The notes under the pieces were generated by a model. That model saw only the letters and a program-made list of their open reading frames with translations. It made no database searches and was not told where the DNA came from. The position numbers and the translations under genes were made by a program. A stretch of DNA of 64,000 nucleotides from Candidatus Heimdallarchaeota archaeon (lineage in GTDB: Archaea; Asgardarchaeota; Heimdallarchaeia; Hodarchaeales; Hodarchaeaceae), in contig RDOB01000002.1 of the NCBI GenBank assembly GCA_011364965.1, positions 480,001-544,000 of the forward strand, read 5' to 3'. This document shows, one piece after another, positions 39,782 to 50,297 of this stretch (positions within the stretch are counted from its first letter, which is position 1; each line of letters begins with the position of its first letter).

Positions 39782-41842
39782 TTATCTTTCATCATCCTTG
39801 TAAAAGTCTAACTCTTCTCCAAGAAAATGATGGAGGAACCAACGATAGTTTTGTGTCAGAATAGCGTAATTTTCTCTAGGTTTATTGATACTATGCCCCA
39901 TTTCAGGAAATACAAATAACTCTGTCTGAACTCCTTTTTCTTTGAGAGCTCTATAGAGCATTTTTGAGCTGTATAATGGGACTCTTTCATCAATTTCGCC
40001 ATGTTGTAATAACATTGGAGTATTAGAATTCTCTAATCCAGTAATAGGTGCTGTTTTCTCGAAAATTTCATCCATTCCATTTTCAAAGGGAGCTCCGCTT
40101 CGATATGTCTTAGAACCAGAGAAAGGGATTGAATATCTCATATCTGAACCATAAAAGTATATTACCCAGCTAGAAAGAGTTGAACAACCACTTGCAGCAC
40201 AAAACCGATTTGAATGCATTGCTGCAAACGCACTGATATAAGCTCCCTGACTTCCTCCACATATACCTATCTTTGTTTCATCAATATACCCGAGATTAAT
40301 AAGATGATCAATAGCTGATTCTAAATCCCATAGATCTCCGACTCCAACATTATTAACAAGGAGTTCTTTAAATGCTTGTCCCTTTCCCAAAGACCCCCGA
40401 TAGTTTATTTTAAGGACAAGAATGTCTTTAATAGAAAATTGGACAACTGGATAATAAAATTGATCCATTCCTTCCAGAAGAACATTAGCAGATGCTGCGT
40501 GTGGTCCACCATGTATATTGAATAAAATAGGATATTTTTTGGTATGATCAAAATTTGATGGTTTCCTTAAAATACCTTCGATTTCCGTTCCATCTTTGCT
40601 TGTCCATTTTATAGATTCTACTGTACCCAAATCCCAATTTTCAACCGTTTTATTAAAATCGGTCAATTGTGTTAATTCTCTTCCTCGTGTTGTTAAACGA
40701 CTTAAATAAACATCATTTATTGAAGTCGAAGAGACACCAGGAAAGCTCACATCTCCAGCATCATTAACATGAAACCAATAATCTGGCATAAACCCCTCTA
40801 AATCTATTTCCTCTATTTTACCATTCTCTGATAACTTTGCTATCACTTTTCTACTCTCTTTCCAAAAGATAAAATAGATACCAGCTTTAGTCCAATAAAT
40901 TCGGTTGGTTAATGGATCATGATCAAATTTATCAGTCAAACAAATCATATGATCTTGACAATTAGGTTTCTCAAGATCTGAATGAGAAAGAATCCATAAA
41001 TCTGCTTGAGTAAAATCACGATTATCACGTTTTTTACTAAGAATAAGAAGTTTAGAGCCATCTGGAGAAACAGCAACAATTTTAGCTCCTTGAGGGAGAT
41101 TGAGTTGTGAAATAATTGGCACCTGATTAGGTTCAGAAGAGATTATTCCTGATTTAAATTGAATCTGAAAATTACTTGCATCATATTCGAACACGAGATC
41201 ATCCTTGCAACGACAATTCAAGAATATCATATCATTATTTGGTGAAGGAACTATTGAAACAATTTTTACAGTTTCAGGAAGAAATTTACCTAAATCAATG
41301 ATAGCTTCATTAAAAGTATTTTTTAACAGTTGTTGGCGTTTGATTTTAGTTGCATTTATATAGAAAGCAGAGGATGTGCTTTTTTCTTCTTCAACATGAA
41401 TAAAATTGCCAAACTTCTCTTTTCGATTTTTTCTTTCTTGATTCAAATTATTAGCTAGATACACAAAGCCTTCAGCAAATGGAAAAAAATCCTCTATTCC
41501 CCCTTCATGAGCAGTAACCTGAAGTCCCTCTCCAATAAGGTTTTCAAAAATAAATATTTGAAATTCATTGTTTTTATTTGCTTTCATAACTGCTATTGTC
41601 TCTTCATCTAGCCAATGAAATGTAAAAGGTCTTCCTGTTCTCGTTAGATAATAAGAAGAAGATTTAGCGACGTCATAGATCTGAAGATAAATATCTAATT
41701 TATTCTCAGACAAATTCATTGTTCCACTCCGAAAAGCTACTTTTGATCCTGTAACATTTACTTTTACGTCCCCAACTAATGGTAATAGAAGAATATCCTT
41801 GATTGTTGGTCTGTACTTTTCGGTTATGTGATTATCATCCAT
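39782..41842 (-). CDS. S9 family (prolyl oligopeptidase/acylaminoacyl) peptidase
   Basis: Beta-propeller N-terminus, HGGP, NYRGS, GGSQG nucleophile, HGEIDERVP, MGH. Confidence 0.92.
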   Translation of the reverse strand: MDDNHITEKYRPTIKDILLLPLVGDVKVNVTGSKVAFRSGTMNLSENKLDIYLQIYDVAKSSSYYLTRTGRPFTFHWLDEETIAVMKANKNNEFQIFIFENLIGEGLQVTAHEGGIEDFFPFAEGFVYLANNLNQERKNRKEKFGNFIHVEEEKSTSSAFYINATKIKRQQLLKNTFNEAIIDLGKFLPETVKIVSIVPSPNNDMIFLNCRCKDDLVFEYDASNFQIQFKSGIISSEPNQVPIISQLNLPQGAKIVAVSPDGSKLLILSKKRDNRDFTQADLWILSHSDLEKPNCQDHMICLTDKFDHDPLTNRIYWTKAGIYFIFWKESRKVIAKLSENGKIEEIDLEGFMPDYWFHVNDAGDVSFPGVSSTSINDVYLSRLTTRGRELTQLTDFNKTVENWDLGTVESIKWTSKDGTEIEGILRKPSNFDHTKKYPILFNIHGGPHAASANVLLEGMDQFYYPVVQFSIKDILVLKINYRGSLGKGQAFKELLVNNVGVGDLWDLESAIDHLINLGYIDETKIGICGGSQGAYISAFAAMHSNRFCAASGCSTLSSWVIYFYGSDMRYSIPFSGSKTYRSGAPFENGMDEIFEKTAPITGLENSNTPMLLQHGEIDERVPLYSSKMLYRALKEKGVQTELFVFPEMGHSINKPRENYAILTQNYRWFLHHFLGEELDFYKDDER

Positions 41843-42242
41843 ATTTTATCATTTCCATCAGTAAAAATAATAGTATTAAATTGAATCAAATAGCAGATAA
41901 ATGAATTTATAAAGGAGATTCTTGTGGTAAAACTTTCTAGCTAAACCTATAAACCATTCAGTTAATTATAATTCAGGTTATAAGGAATAATATACAAATT
42001 AGCTTTGGACCTGATATTTTTCGCTGATTTCATCTCCACTGTATTATGTAAAAGTAAATAAATTATAAGAGAGTACGATAATCATAGCTCAAAGCATTTG
42101 ACAATTTATTAAAGACAGATCTAGAGAAGATAAAAAATAAGGAATTCTCAGTGTCGTCAAAGTTTCATTTTGCGACTTTGACAAGTTATATATTATAAAC
42201 AGGGTATTCTAAGTACATCGTTCTATTAGAATCTACTAAGAA

Positions 42243-43478
42243 TTATCTCTTTTCTATCTTAGTGGAGAATTGATTTAGCCAATTTTGGATGTAATCTAAT
42301 GCTAGTCCCACATTGCCAGCTTGACAATGATGAGAAGCATTATCCTCCTTAGTGAAAATTCTCCCTGTTATAGATTTTGCATTCTTCAGCGCTTCTACTT
42401 GTTTTTTGTAGAAAAACCGCGCTTTTCCATCTATATCATCTTCACCTATCAAAATTAGTACATCTTGTTTTATAAGATGAGAAATATTTTTGGTTGTATA
42501 ATTCTCGCTAGCTTCTTTTAAATAATCATATACACTCTCACAACCCGTGTTAAATAAAGCATGACTAAAGAACCACTCTGAATGAATCCTTTTGGGGTCA
42601 GATGGACTTCTCTTGTTTATTATTCTATTGAATAAACGGTTTGTTTTCGATTTAGCTTTAAATTTAAACAATATTTTGAGTAGTAATCTTGTAGAGAGCT
42701 TGTTTTGTCCTATCAAATCGTAGATAACACCCCATAACACTACACGCGCTACCCTTGGTTCAAAGGCCGCAGCACGCGGAGCTAGGAATCCCCCTAAAGA
42801 CATTCCGATAAGAGTTACTTCATTTAAATTGAAATAATCAAGAATCGCTTTGGTAGGGGTCTCCCAATGAGGATCCATTTTTAGATTGTAATGATGAAGT
42901 GGACGACCCTGTCCAGGGCCTTCAAACATAAAGATTTCGTATCCTATATTAGCGAAAAACGTAGCAATTGGATATAATTCTTCAATAAAAGAATCAAAGC
43001 CTCCGTGAAATAGAATGACACCTTTATTTTCATTAGCTGGAGTTAAATGCATTACTGATAAAAATCCGTCTTTATAGGGAACTTCCAACCTTTCAAAAGG
43101 CTCTGTTTGGAATGTTACATCGAATAAATCCAGAAATTTATTGTAAAAATTTTCTTTGTCTTGATCTGCTGGATTCGTGTAAAATTCTGCCGCTCGGTAT
43201 AGGATACAGGCCTCTTTGAATTGTTTCTTTGCTTCAGCTTGTTCAGCAAATCTATTCATCTCTTGTTTCCAAGAATTGAAGTCCTCTATATTGGAGGAAA
43301 CCTGCTTCAATAATTCTGGTTCAAGCCACCCCAATGTGTAATATCTATTTAGCTGAAAATTAAATGCAAGGAGATATTTTGCAGGATGAAAATCTTGTAA
43401 GCCAATAGGAAATTTAAAATCAAAATATTTTTTTGTTTCATCCTTCGTATTGGGATTATTTAATGTTTGATCCTTCAT
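42243..43478 (-). CDS. Alpha/beta hydrolase (FrsA/DUF1100-like)
   Basis: YRAAEFY, GGFDS, EGPGQG, GMSLGG, AAAFEPR, HCQAGN. Confidence 0.88.
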   Translation of the reverse strand: MKDQTLNNPNTKDETKKYFDFKFPIGLQDFHPAKYLLAFNFQLNRYYTLGWLEPELLKQVSSNIEDFNSWKQEMNRFAEQAEAKKQFKEACILYRAAEFYTNPADQDKENFYNKFLDLFDVTFQTEPFERLEVPYKDGFLSVMHLTPANENKGVILFHGGFDSFIEELYPIATFFANIGYEIFMFEGPGQGRPLHHYNLKMDPHWETPTKAILDYFNLNEVTLIGMSLGGFLAPRAAAFEPRVARVVLWGVIYDLIGQNKLSTRLLLKILFKFKAKSKTNRLFNRIINKRSPSDPKRIHSEWFFSHALFNTGCESVYDYLKEASENYTTKNISHLIKQDVLILIGEDDIDGKARFFYKKQVEALKNAKSITGRIFTKEDNASHHCQAGNVGLALDYIQNWLNQFSTKIEKR

Positions 43479-43550
43479 AATTTTTCCTTTCTTTATTAGA
43501 GAATTTTAAGGCAATTCAAAGTTTTTTAAATACTAAGTATTCTTTTCGAA

Positions 43551-43574
43551 TTTATTGCCTAAATAGACAATAAA
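43551..43574. promoter_or_regulatory. Palindromic operator TTTATTGCCTA-AA-TAGACAATAAA
   Basis: 11-bp arms with one mismatch between the divergent hydrolase and regulator; AATTTATTGCCT repeated at 43549 and 43704. Confidence 0.6.
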
Positions 43575-43752
43575 ATATTTCTATGTTATAAGTTTTTAGA
43601 TTGATGTAGAGAATAGATTAAATTTAGCAATACGATTATTTTTTCCTATTGCAATAAAATAAAGCAAATTTAAACGTTTTAGTTATATTTATTAAGAAGA
43701 AATAATTTATTGCCTTACAAGAATTTAAATTCCTTTAGGATAGATTTCATAA

Positions 43753-44262
43753 ATGAAAGATGAAGCTATAAACCTAAAAGACGCATTTCTAATGATGATG
43801 GAAGAAAGAGCGGTACGAGGAGGATCTAATGTTTCACTAGGGAGAATTCTAGGATTGTTTTTGATTGAGGATCAACCAATGGATCAAAAAGAACTAGCAA
43901 ACCTTAGTGGGTACACAAAAGCTCATGTAAGCAAAGTATTACGGCAATTATTACTAACAGGAATCATAAATAAAACAGTGGTTACCACATCGTCCCCAGG
44001 AAGGCCCCGAATGATTTATAACTTAGATAAACAAGGATATGATATTGCACAACCAGGGATTTTGACTAATATTCGAAGTCTTACTCATACTAAAGAGAGA
44101 TTGCTGGAAATAAAACTTGGTTCATTTAAAGGAAAGAAAATCAGAAAAAGCGAAGATGATATTCAAATTATGAAAATTATAGAGATTTACATCGATTACA
44201 TAACCAGAATGGTAGCAATACTAGAAGAAGCTTTAAAAAAACAAATGTCAAAGGAGAAATAG
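43753..44262 (+). CDS. GbsR/MarR-family winged-helix transcriptional regulator
   Basis: GRILGLFL...ELANLSGYTKAHVSKVLRQL...GRPRMIY. Confidence 0.85.
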   Translation: MKDEAINLKDAFLMMMEERAVRGGSNVSLGRILGLFLIEDQPMDQKELANLSGYTKAHVSKVLRQLLLTGIINKTVVTTSSPGRPRMIYNLDKQGYDIAQPGILTNIRSLTHTKERLLEIKLGSFKGKKIRKSEDDIQIMKIIEIYIDYITRMVAILEEALKKQMSKEK

Positions 44263-44329
44263 AAATGCTCCATATTGAGAGTAAAGAAAAAAATTACTGC
44301 TATCTGAGATGATGAAAGCATATTCTCTT

Positions 44330-45196
44330 TCATTTTAAAAATGTTCCATTTCTGTACTCTTTGAAGGCATATTCTATTTCTTTTTTGGTATTCATTACAA
44401 TTGGTCCGTACCAAACAATAGGTTCATTAATTGGTTTACCTGAAACCAGTAAGAATCGTACTTTCTTGCTCGTAGTTATGATATTAACACTATTCCCTTT
44501 ATCAAATACAATCAACTGTTCTTTTGAGTAATTTTTACTCTTCTCTAAATCAAAAAATCCTGATCCTTCTATTACATATGCGAAAACGGTATAATTTTCC
44601 TTAATTATGTGTTCATGGGATGAATTTGGGGGAACTGATATATCTAGGTATTCGGGGTCTGCAATAATGTTTTTCACCGGTCCTACTATTCCATTTATTG
44701 TCCCAGCCAATAATCGGATTTCTGTTCCCGAATCTAATTTTATATGTGGAATCTGGTCGTTAGTTATGTCTTGATAGCGTGGAGGCATCATCTTGTGTTT
44801 TGCAGGTAGATTTACCCATAGCTGGAAACCCCATAGCAGTCCATTTGTCTGTATTGGCATCTCCGAATGAATAATACCACTACCTGCGGTCATCCATTGA
44901 ATATCTCCACCCTGAATTATTCCTGAATTTCCCAGACTATCCTTATGATTCATCTGGCCATGAAGCATATAGGTTACAGTTTCAATCCCTCTATGTGGAT
45001 GAGTTGGGAAACCAGCTATATAATCATCAGGATTATCAGAATGGAAATCATCTAGTAGGAGAAACGGATCAAGTAACTTCACTTCGTTGTGAGCAAAGGC
45101 TCGTTTTAAACGCACACCTGCCCCTTCTAATGCCGGTTTGCTCTGAAAAGTTTTATAAATTTTCCTTGGTTCATTCATAAGAGATCCTTTGTACAA
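44330..45196 (-). CDS. Pirin family protein
   Basis: DPFLLLD, HPHRGIETVTY, WMTAGSGIIHSE, QLWVNLP, GPIVMNT. Confidence 0.95.
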   Translation of the reverse strand: MYKGSLMNEPRKIYKTFQSKPALEGAGVRLKRAFAHNEVKLLDPFLLLDDFHSDNPDDYIAGFPTHPHRGIETVTYMLHGQMNHKDSLGNSGIIQGGDIQWMTAGSGIIHSEMPIQTNGLLWGFQLWVNLPAKHKMMPPRYQDITNDQIPHIKLDSGTEIRLLAGTINGIVGPVKNIIADPEYLDISVPPNSSHEHIIKENYTVFAYVIEGSGFFDLEKSKNYSKEQLIVFDKGNSVNIITTSKKVRFLLVSGKPINEPIVWYGPIVMNTKKEIEYAFKEYRNGTFLK

Positions 45197-45769
45197 ATTT
45201 ATATATATCTACTATTCGAGTTTTCGTATTCGTTTGTAATATCTATTTAGATGGAAATTGAAGATTTCTTTGTCAAATGAAATTCATCAAATGGACAAGA
45301 TCATATCCACCCTGTGATATATGTGACACAAATCATTTAGCTTCGTCTCAACTTCCTGAATTTAGTATATTAGAAATTCAAAGTACATTTAAAAATTGAA
45401 AAATTAGTTTCACTCCTGTTAGAAAGATACCACAAACGATTTTAGACATGATTGCACCTCATGCACTAAATACGCATAATGTGTTAAAGCTGCGGTCACT
45501 GGAGATCCAGGTGACTTACTGGAAGCGTTTATGGCTGAATATTCGATAAAATTTCTTAATTCAGATATTATAGAGGATTTAATGTAGAATATACTTTATT
45601 ATGAACTAAAATGGTTACCCCGATTTCAGGAAATCACTCCAATAGAAAAAGCCCTCTCAAAAATACAAAATTGGGTTAAACCACTAGAATTAATCCCAAA
45701 AAATGCCAGGATAATAAAAAACCCATCAAAAAACAAACTGAGACAGTTCTCACTTGTTTATTGAATCAT

Positions 45770-46156
45770 TCATATTATTTGATTGACAACATTGATGGAA
45801 TTTAAAAATTCTTCGATTTGCTTTAATAGGTTGGCACTTCTAATAGGTTTTCCCAGAAATCTAACTGCTCCCGTATCAAGAGCTCTGCTCTTAATAGATG
45901 AATCAGCACTTATGAAGAAAATTTTTGCATGAGAATCATAATGTAAAATTTCTTTTGTGGTATCAAGTCCATTTTTAAACGGCATCCTATGGTCCATTAA
46001 TATAATATCTGGTCGAGGTTGAATATTTTTATATTTTTCTAAAGCCTCATCTCCATTAAAAGCTTTCCCAACAACTTCATGTCCCCCCCATTTGAGAAGC
46101 TCCTCAAATAGGAAAATAATATCCGGATCATCTTCAATAATAAAGATACGTGCTAT
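45770..46156 (-). CDS. Stand-alone CheY-like response regulator, apparently with a non-canonical ATA/ATT start
   Basis: Frame extends 53 codons upstream of the track ATG (45997): IARIFIIEDD...PDIILMDHRMP...ISA...KP. Bounded by in-frame TAA at 46160-46162; GAGGGA 6 nt before ATA. Confidence 0.8.
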   Translation of the reverse strand: MARIFIIEDDPDIIFLFEELLKWGGHEVVGKAFNGDEALEKYKNIQPRPDIILMDHRMPFKNGLDTTKEILHYDSHAKIFFISADSSIKSRALDTGAVRFLGKPIRSANLLKQIEEFLNSINVVNQII

Positions 46157-46588
46157 AATTTATCCCTCGATATTTTTTGGATTAAAGCTTCTTGTAGATG
46201 ATCCTAACTTCATTAATTCTTTTAAATCTACCTTAATGGTATATCCTCTTGGAGTATCCGAATTATAGAAATATGGGTGAAATAGGGTTTTCTGAAATAA
46301 TCCTTTGATTTATATTTTCAAAATTTACCAAATTCAATAAGTATTAGGATAGGGTCAAAATCATCCTGTTTTATTCCTACTGAATTAGGTTTCCTTTCGA
46401 AAGAGAAGATTTAGTTTTAAAAATTCCTTTTTTATAACAATTTTTTTTAAGGTAAATTTCCTTTTATATTCTTAAATATATTCGAAAGAAAACTTTACCT
46501 TACTATCTTTGAAATTAAAACCAGAATTTACCTGTTTAGCTTATATTTTTGACTTTATTCATACAATACGAGCAATTAGGTTCATAAG

Positions 46589-47284
46589 GTGCATGTAATG
46601 AGTAAATCTATGATTCAAATAGCAGGTCTTACGAAATTCTATGAACAGGGGGAAGTAGCAATTCCTGCTTTAAATGGAATTGATTTAATAATTGAGAAAG
46701 GCCAATTTATTGTAATTTTAGGTCCTAGCGGATCAGGGAAAACCACATTGTTAAATCTCGTTGGAGGTATTGATTATAAAACTGAGGGATCTATTATCGT
46801 GAACAATCAAGAGATTACCTGTTTGCGTGAGAAAGAATTAACAGAATATAGAAAAAGGGAAATTGGGTTTATATTTCAATTTTATAATCTTATTCCAACA
46901 TTAACAGCTTCGGAAAATGTTGAAATTGCTGCACGATTGAAATTTTCTCAGAATGCACGCAATAAAGCTCTCGCTATGCTTGCTGAAGTTGGTTTGGCAG
47001 AAAAAGCTCATAAATTTCCATCACAATTATCTGGAGGAGAGCAACAGCGGGTTGCGATCGCCAGAGCATTAGTAAAAGAACCAGATTTAATACTCGCTGA
47101 TGAACCAACAGGTAACCTAGATTCTGTAACTAGTGATAAAATTTTGTCAGTAATGGTTAAAGCCTGTAAAGAGAGAAGTACAACCTTTTTGATTGTAACT
47201 CATAATAGATCTATCTCTAAACTTGCGGATAAAATCATCTATTTAAAAGATGGTAAAATTTTTGGAACTTCCGACTCCGAATAA
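46589..47284 (+). CDS. ABC transporter ATP-binding protein (LolD/MacB type)
   Basis: [32 protein letters not shown]. Confidence 0.95.
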   Translation: MHVMSKSMIQIAGLTKFYEQGEVAIPALNGIDLIIEKGQFIVILGPSGSGKTTLLNLVGGIDYKTEGSIIVNNQEITCLREKELTEYRKREIGFIFQFYNLIPTLTASENVEIAARLKFSQNARNKALAMLAEVGLAEKAHKFPSQLSGGEQQRVAIARALVKEPDLILADEPTGNLDSVTSDKILSVMVKACKERSTTFLIVTHNRSISKLADKIIYLKDGKIFGTSDSE

Positions 47285-47304
47285 TTCTAGAAAGGTGTTT
47301 TATT

Positions 47305-49725
47305 ATGCTTTTTGTAAAAAAAATAATCCGAGACTTATCAACAAATAAAAGTCGTTCCGTTCCAGTCATTATCTTAATCATTGTAAGCCAAATGGCAAGT
47401 GTCCTATATATCGAATTTGGTATAATCATAGATGTTTCAAAAGATAGATATTATGATGAAGTGAATCTTGCTGATGTTTGGATTGATACACTACCTATTA
47501 CATCTGCAGTTTTTAATGAAACAATTATAAATAATTGGAAAGATGGATTCGACATTGATTATGTTCAAACTCGCCTTTTTTTCCAAGGAAATATTGAAAT
47601 AGAAGGAGAAAAGATACCTATTGATATTATTGGTCATCCAGAGGATCAACAAGCTGCTGTTAGTAGAATTATAACTGCTGATGATAGTTATTTTGATGAT
47701 GTTCAGAACTTATCAAATGCTGTGTTCATTGAACGCGCATATATGAAATATTATAAAATATCTAGGAATTCTTCACTCGCTGTCAGATGTTCGTGTGGGA
47801 TTGAGACATTTAACTTTACATTAAAGGTCTTAGGTGGGGCAAATAGTGCAGAATATCCGCTTACGCCTGGTGAAGGTGCGTTACAGTTTGCTAATTCTGC
47901 AAATTTTGCACCTTTCTTGAGAATGAGTGTTTTTGTGCGAAATGATTTTCTTCAGGAACACATCTTTGAAAGTAAAGAATTCTACAATCAAATCTGCGTA
48001 TCAATTCAAGAAAAGGAGAGTATTCCAGCTTTCATTAGGTCTCTTAAACAAGATTCCTCAAATTTTGGGTACTCTATTTTGGCCATAAGAGAATACCCAA
48101 ATCTAATGGAAGATATGATTGATATGATGGTTGGAGTAGGGTGGGGATTAGCCCTTTTCTTTCTTATAATCAGCTTATTTGTGACATACACAATTATTAA
48201 TAGATTTATAAAAGAACAGCGTCCTCATATTGGGATAATGAAAGCGTTAGGTTATAATAATACTTCAATTTATATTAGAACCTTCTATTATGGTCTGATT
48301 TTAGGTTCTTCATCAATAATTGGAATAATTATTGGTGTGCTTCTCAGTTTTGGAATTATCGACTTAGGAATAGATACTTGGCTTTCTCTGCCATATAAAA
48401 TTATTTCTATCCCATTTTTACAATATATTGTATTAGTACTTGCAACAATCATCTGCTCACTAATAGCATGCTTCTTTTCAGCTCGGAATGTTGTTAAGAT
48501 AAGTCCTCAAGCTGCAGTTCGGCCTGAGATAGCAGAAAGAGATGTTAAGAGTTTTTTTGTTGAGAATTTTATTCAGAAGATCTTCCGTTGTCAACTCAAT
48601 CCACAAATAAAATATTCTATTAGAAATGTCTTCACAAATCCTAAACGATCCATCAATACCACGATCATTCTACTCATGGCTGTTTCACTTTTTGGAGCTT
48701 TTTTCACAATTATAGCAACTGTGAGTGGAGGAAGTACTCAAATGTTTATCTATGAGCAATGGGATGCACAGATCAATTTAAATCAACCCCAACAATTCTC
48801 AGATTTTGAATCATCTCTATTGAACAAATTAAACATAACCAAACCAATTATCATAGAACCTATGCTTGTTGATATAGCAAGATTATATCAAAAAGATACA
48901 TGGAGTAAAATCACTTTCACAGCTCTTATAAATCAGTCTCGATTAAAAAGATTTGAGGGGATAGATACTGGATTTAGAAACAATTTGTCAGCAATAGTTT
49001 CTCCTGACCTAGCTACACTCTATGGTCTCAATGAAGGAGAGAATTATAAAATTGGAGGTAGAAATGGAACTGAGTATCAGATAACAATACAAAAAGTACT
49101 ATCTACCCAATTAAGCTCAGGTTTCTTTATTCCACTTGAAATAGGACGTCTTTTATCTTTTGGTAATGATATAGATGATCAAGTAAATATGGTATTGATG
49201 GGGGATATAGAAGATTCTTTTTTTGAAAATTCAGTTATATTAAGTATGAGCGAAATTCAATCTATAATTCTAAAATCTGAACTAATAGATGAGATGGATG
49301 TATATAATTTCAGGATTCAAGCCGTAATGGCTGCAATATTGGGATTATTGATTATAATAGCTGCAATCATAATCTATAGCATCATGACAATAAATATTGC
49401 AGAAAGAAAGATCGATTTGATAATTCTTAAGACCCTTGGAGTTCATAATCGCGTATTATATCTTTGGGGAGGTGTTGAAGCTTTATTCTATTCACTTCTT
49501 GCAAGCTTAGGATATTTCATAGGTTATTTAGCCTCAAATTGGTATATGGGGATTCTTCAGGATCTAATGGAGCGCCCTCTTGTTACTCCGTTATTATCAT
49601 TCGAACATTATATCCTATGCTTAATTTTGGTAATAATAGCTGCTTATGCTGGCCAGTTCTTTGCTCTATATCAAGTATTGAAGCAGAGAATAGCCTTAGT
49701 TGTTAAAGAAAAGCTATTTGCCTAG
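47305..49725 (+). CDS. FtsX-like ABC permease (duplicated MacB/FtsX architecture)
   Basis: Two FtsX motifs (IGIMKALGY, IILKTLGV) with extracytoplasmic domains. Confidence 0.9.
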   Translation: MLFVKKIIRDLSTNKSRSVPVIILIIVSQMASVLYIEFGIIIDVSKDRYYDEVNLADVWIDTLPITSAVFNETIINNWKDGFDIDYVQTRLFFQGNIEIEGEKIPIDIIGHPEDQQAAVSRIITADDSYFDDVQNLSNAVFIERAYMKYYKISRNSSLAVRCSCGIETFNFTLKVLGGANSAEYPLTPGEGALQFANSANFAPFLRMSVFVRNDFLQEHIFESKEFYNQICVSIQEKESIPAFIRSLKQDSSNFGYSILAIREYPNLMEDMIDMMVGVGWGLALFFLIISLFVTYTIINRFIKEQRPHIGIMKALGYNNTSIYIRTFYYGLILGSSSIIGIIIGVLLSFGIIDLGIDTWLSLPYKIISIPFLQYIVLVLATIICSLIACFFSARNVVKISPQAAVRPEIAERDVKSFFVENFIQKIFRCQLNPQIKYSIRNVFTNPKRSINTTIILLMAVSLFGAFFTIIATVSGGSTQMFIYEQWDAQINLNQPQQFSDFESSLLNKLNITKPIIIEPMLVDIARLYQKDTWSKITFTALINQSRLKRFEGIDTGFRNNLSAIVSPDLATLYGLNEGENYKIGGRNGTEYQITIQKVLSTQLSSGFFIPLEIGRLLSFGNDIDDQVNMVLMGDIEDSFFENSVILSMSEIQSIILKSELIDEMDVYNFRIQAVMAAILGLLIIIAAIIIYSIMTINIAERKIDLIILKTLGVHNRVLYLWGGVEALFYSLLASLGYFIGYLASNWYMGILQDLMERPLVTPLLSFEHYILCLILVIIAAYAGQFFALYQVLKQRIALVVKEKLFA

Positions 49726-49766
49726 AAAGAGTAGGAATGATTTGTTTATTAAAAAGCAAAAATAAC

Positions 49767-49791
49767 GCTCAGTTGAGATTTCTAACTGAGC
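49767..49791. terminator. Stem-loop between the convergent permease and histone genes
   Basis: GCTCAGTT/AACTGAGC 8-bp stem; followed on the minus strand by TTATTTTTGCTTTTT; 12 nt after the histone stop. Confidence 0.65.
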
Positions 49792-49803
49792 TTGTTTCTA
49801 TAT

Positions 49804-50070
49804 CTAGATTTTGGACATTGCTAACTTAATATCATCACCCTTAACGGTTTTTCGACCAGAATTATTAGTAATTTCAACCGCATATTTTGCGATTTTTCCA
49901 CCATGCTCTGTAATAATTTCGTTCAAGGCACTAACAGCATCTGCTGACACTCGAAATGCACCTGCATCACGAATGATACGTTCAACCCTCGCGCTAGCAA
50001 ATCCACCTGCTCCAGCCTTCGCAGGAGCCTTTTTTGCCGTTTCTTTTTTAGTAACTTTCTTTTTTGCCAT
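49804..50070 (-). CDS. Archaeal histone with a lysine-rich N-terminal tail
   Basis: Histone fold VERIIRDAGAFRVSADAV...GRKTVKGDDI, preceded by MAKKKVTKKETAKKAPAKAGAGG. Confidence 0.93.
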   Translation of the reverse strand: MAKKKVTKKETAKKAPAKAGAGGFASARVERIIRDAGAFRVSADAVSALNEIITEHGGKIAKYAVEITNNSGRKTVKGDDIKLAMSKI

Positions 50071-50297
50071 TTTGTCATCAATTCCAATTAGTCAAATCAA
50101 GCCAGAAGCTTAAAGAACTATTGCCTTAATAAACTTGTTGCTTTTTTTATTTAGGTGATACCTTTGGAGTTAGCTCATACATGGGATATCAAGAGCTAGT
50201 ACTAAACCTATCATCCTTTGCATCATAGTGAAATCAAATTAACACCCTTCACAAGATGGTACGTGAGTTATTTGGGAAGATATTCAATTCTATTATT

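Noticed and set aside
46589-49725. ABC ATPase as the missing partner of the M28-FtsX protein
   Set aside because: It is about 38 kb away and paired with its own FtsX permease; cannot be excluded but is unsupported
49811-50113. 100-aa plus-strand ORF
   Set aside because: Antisense to the histone
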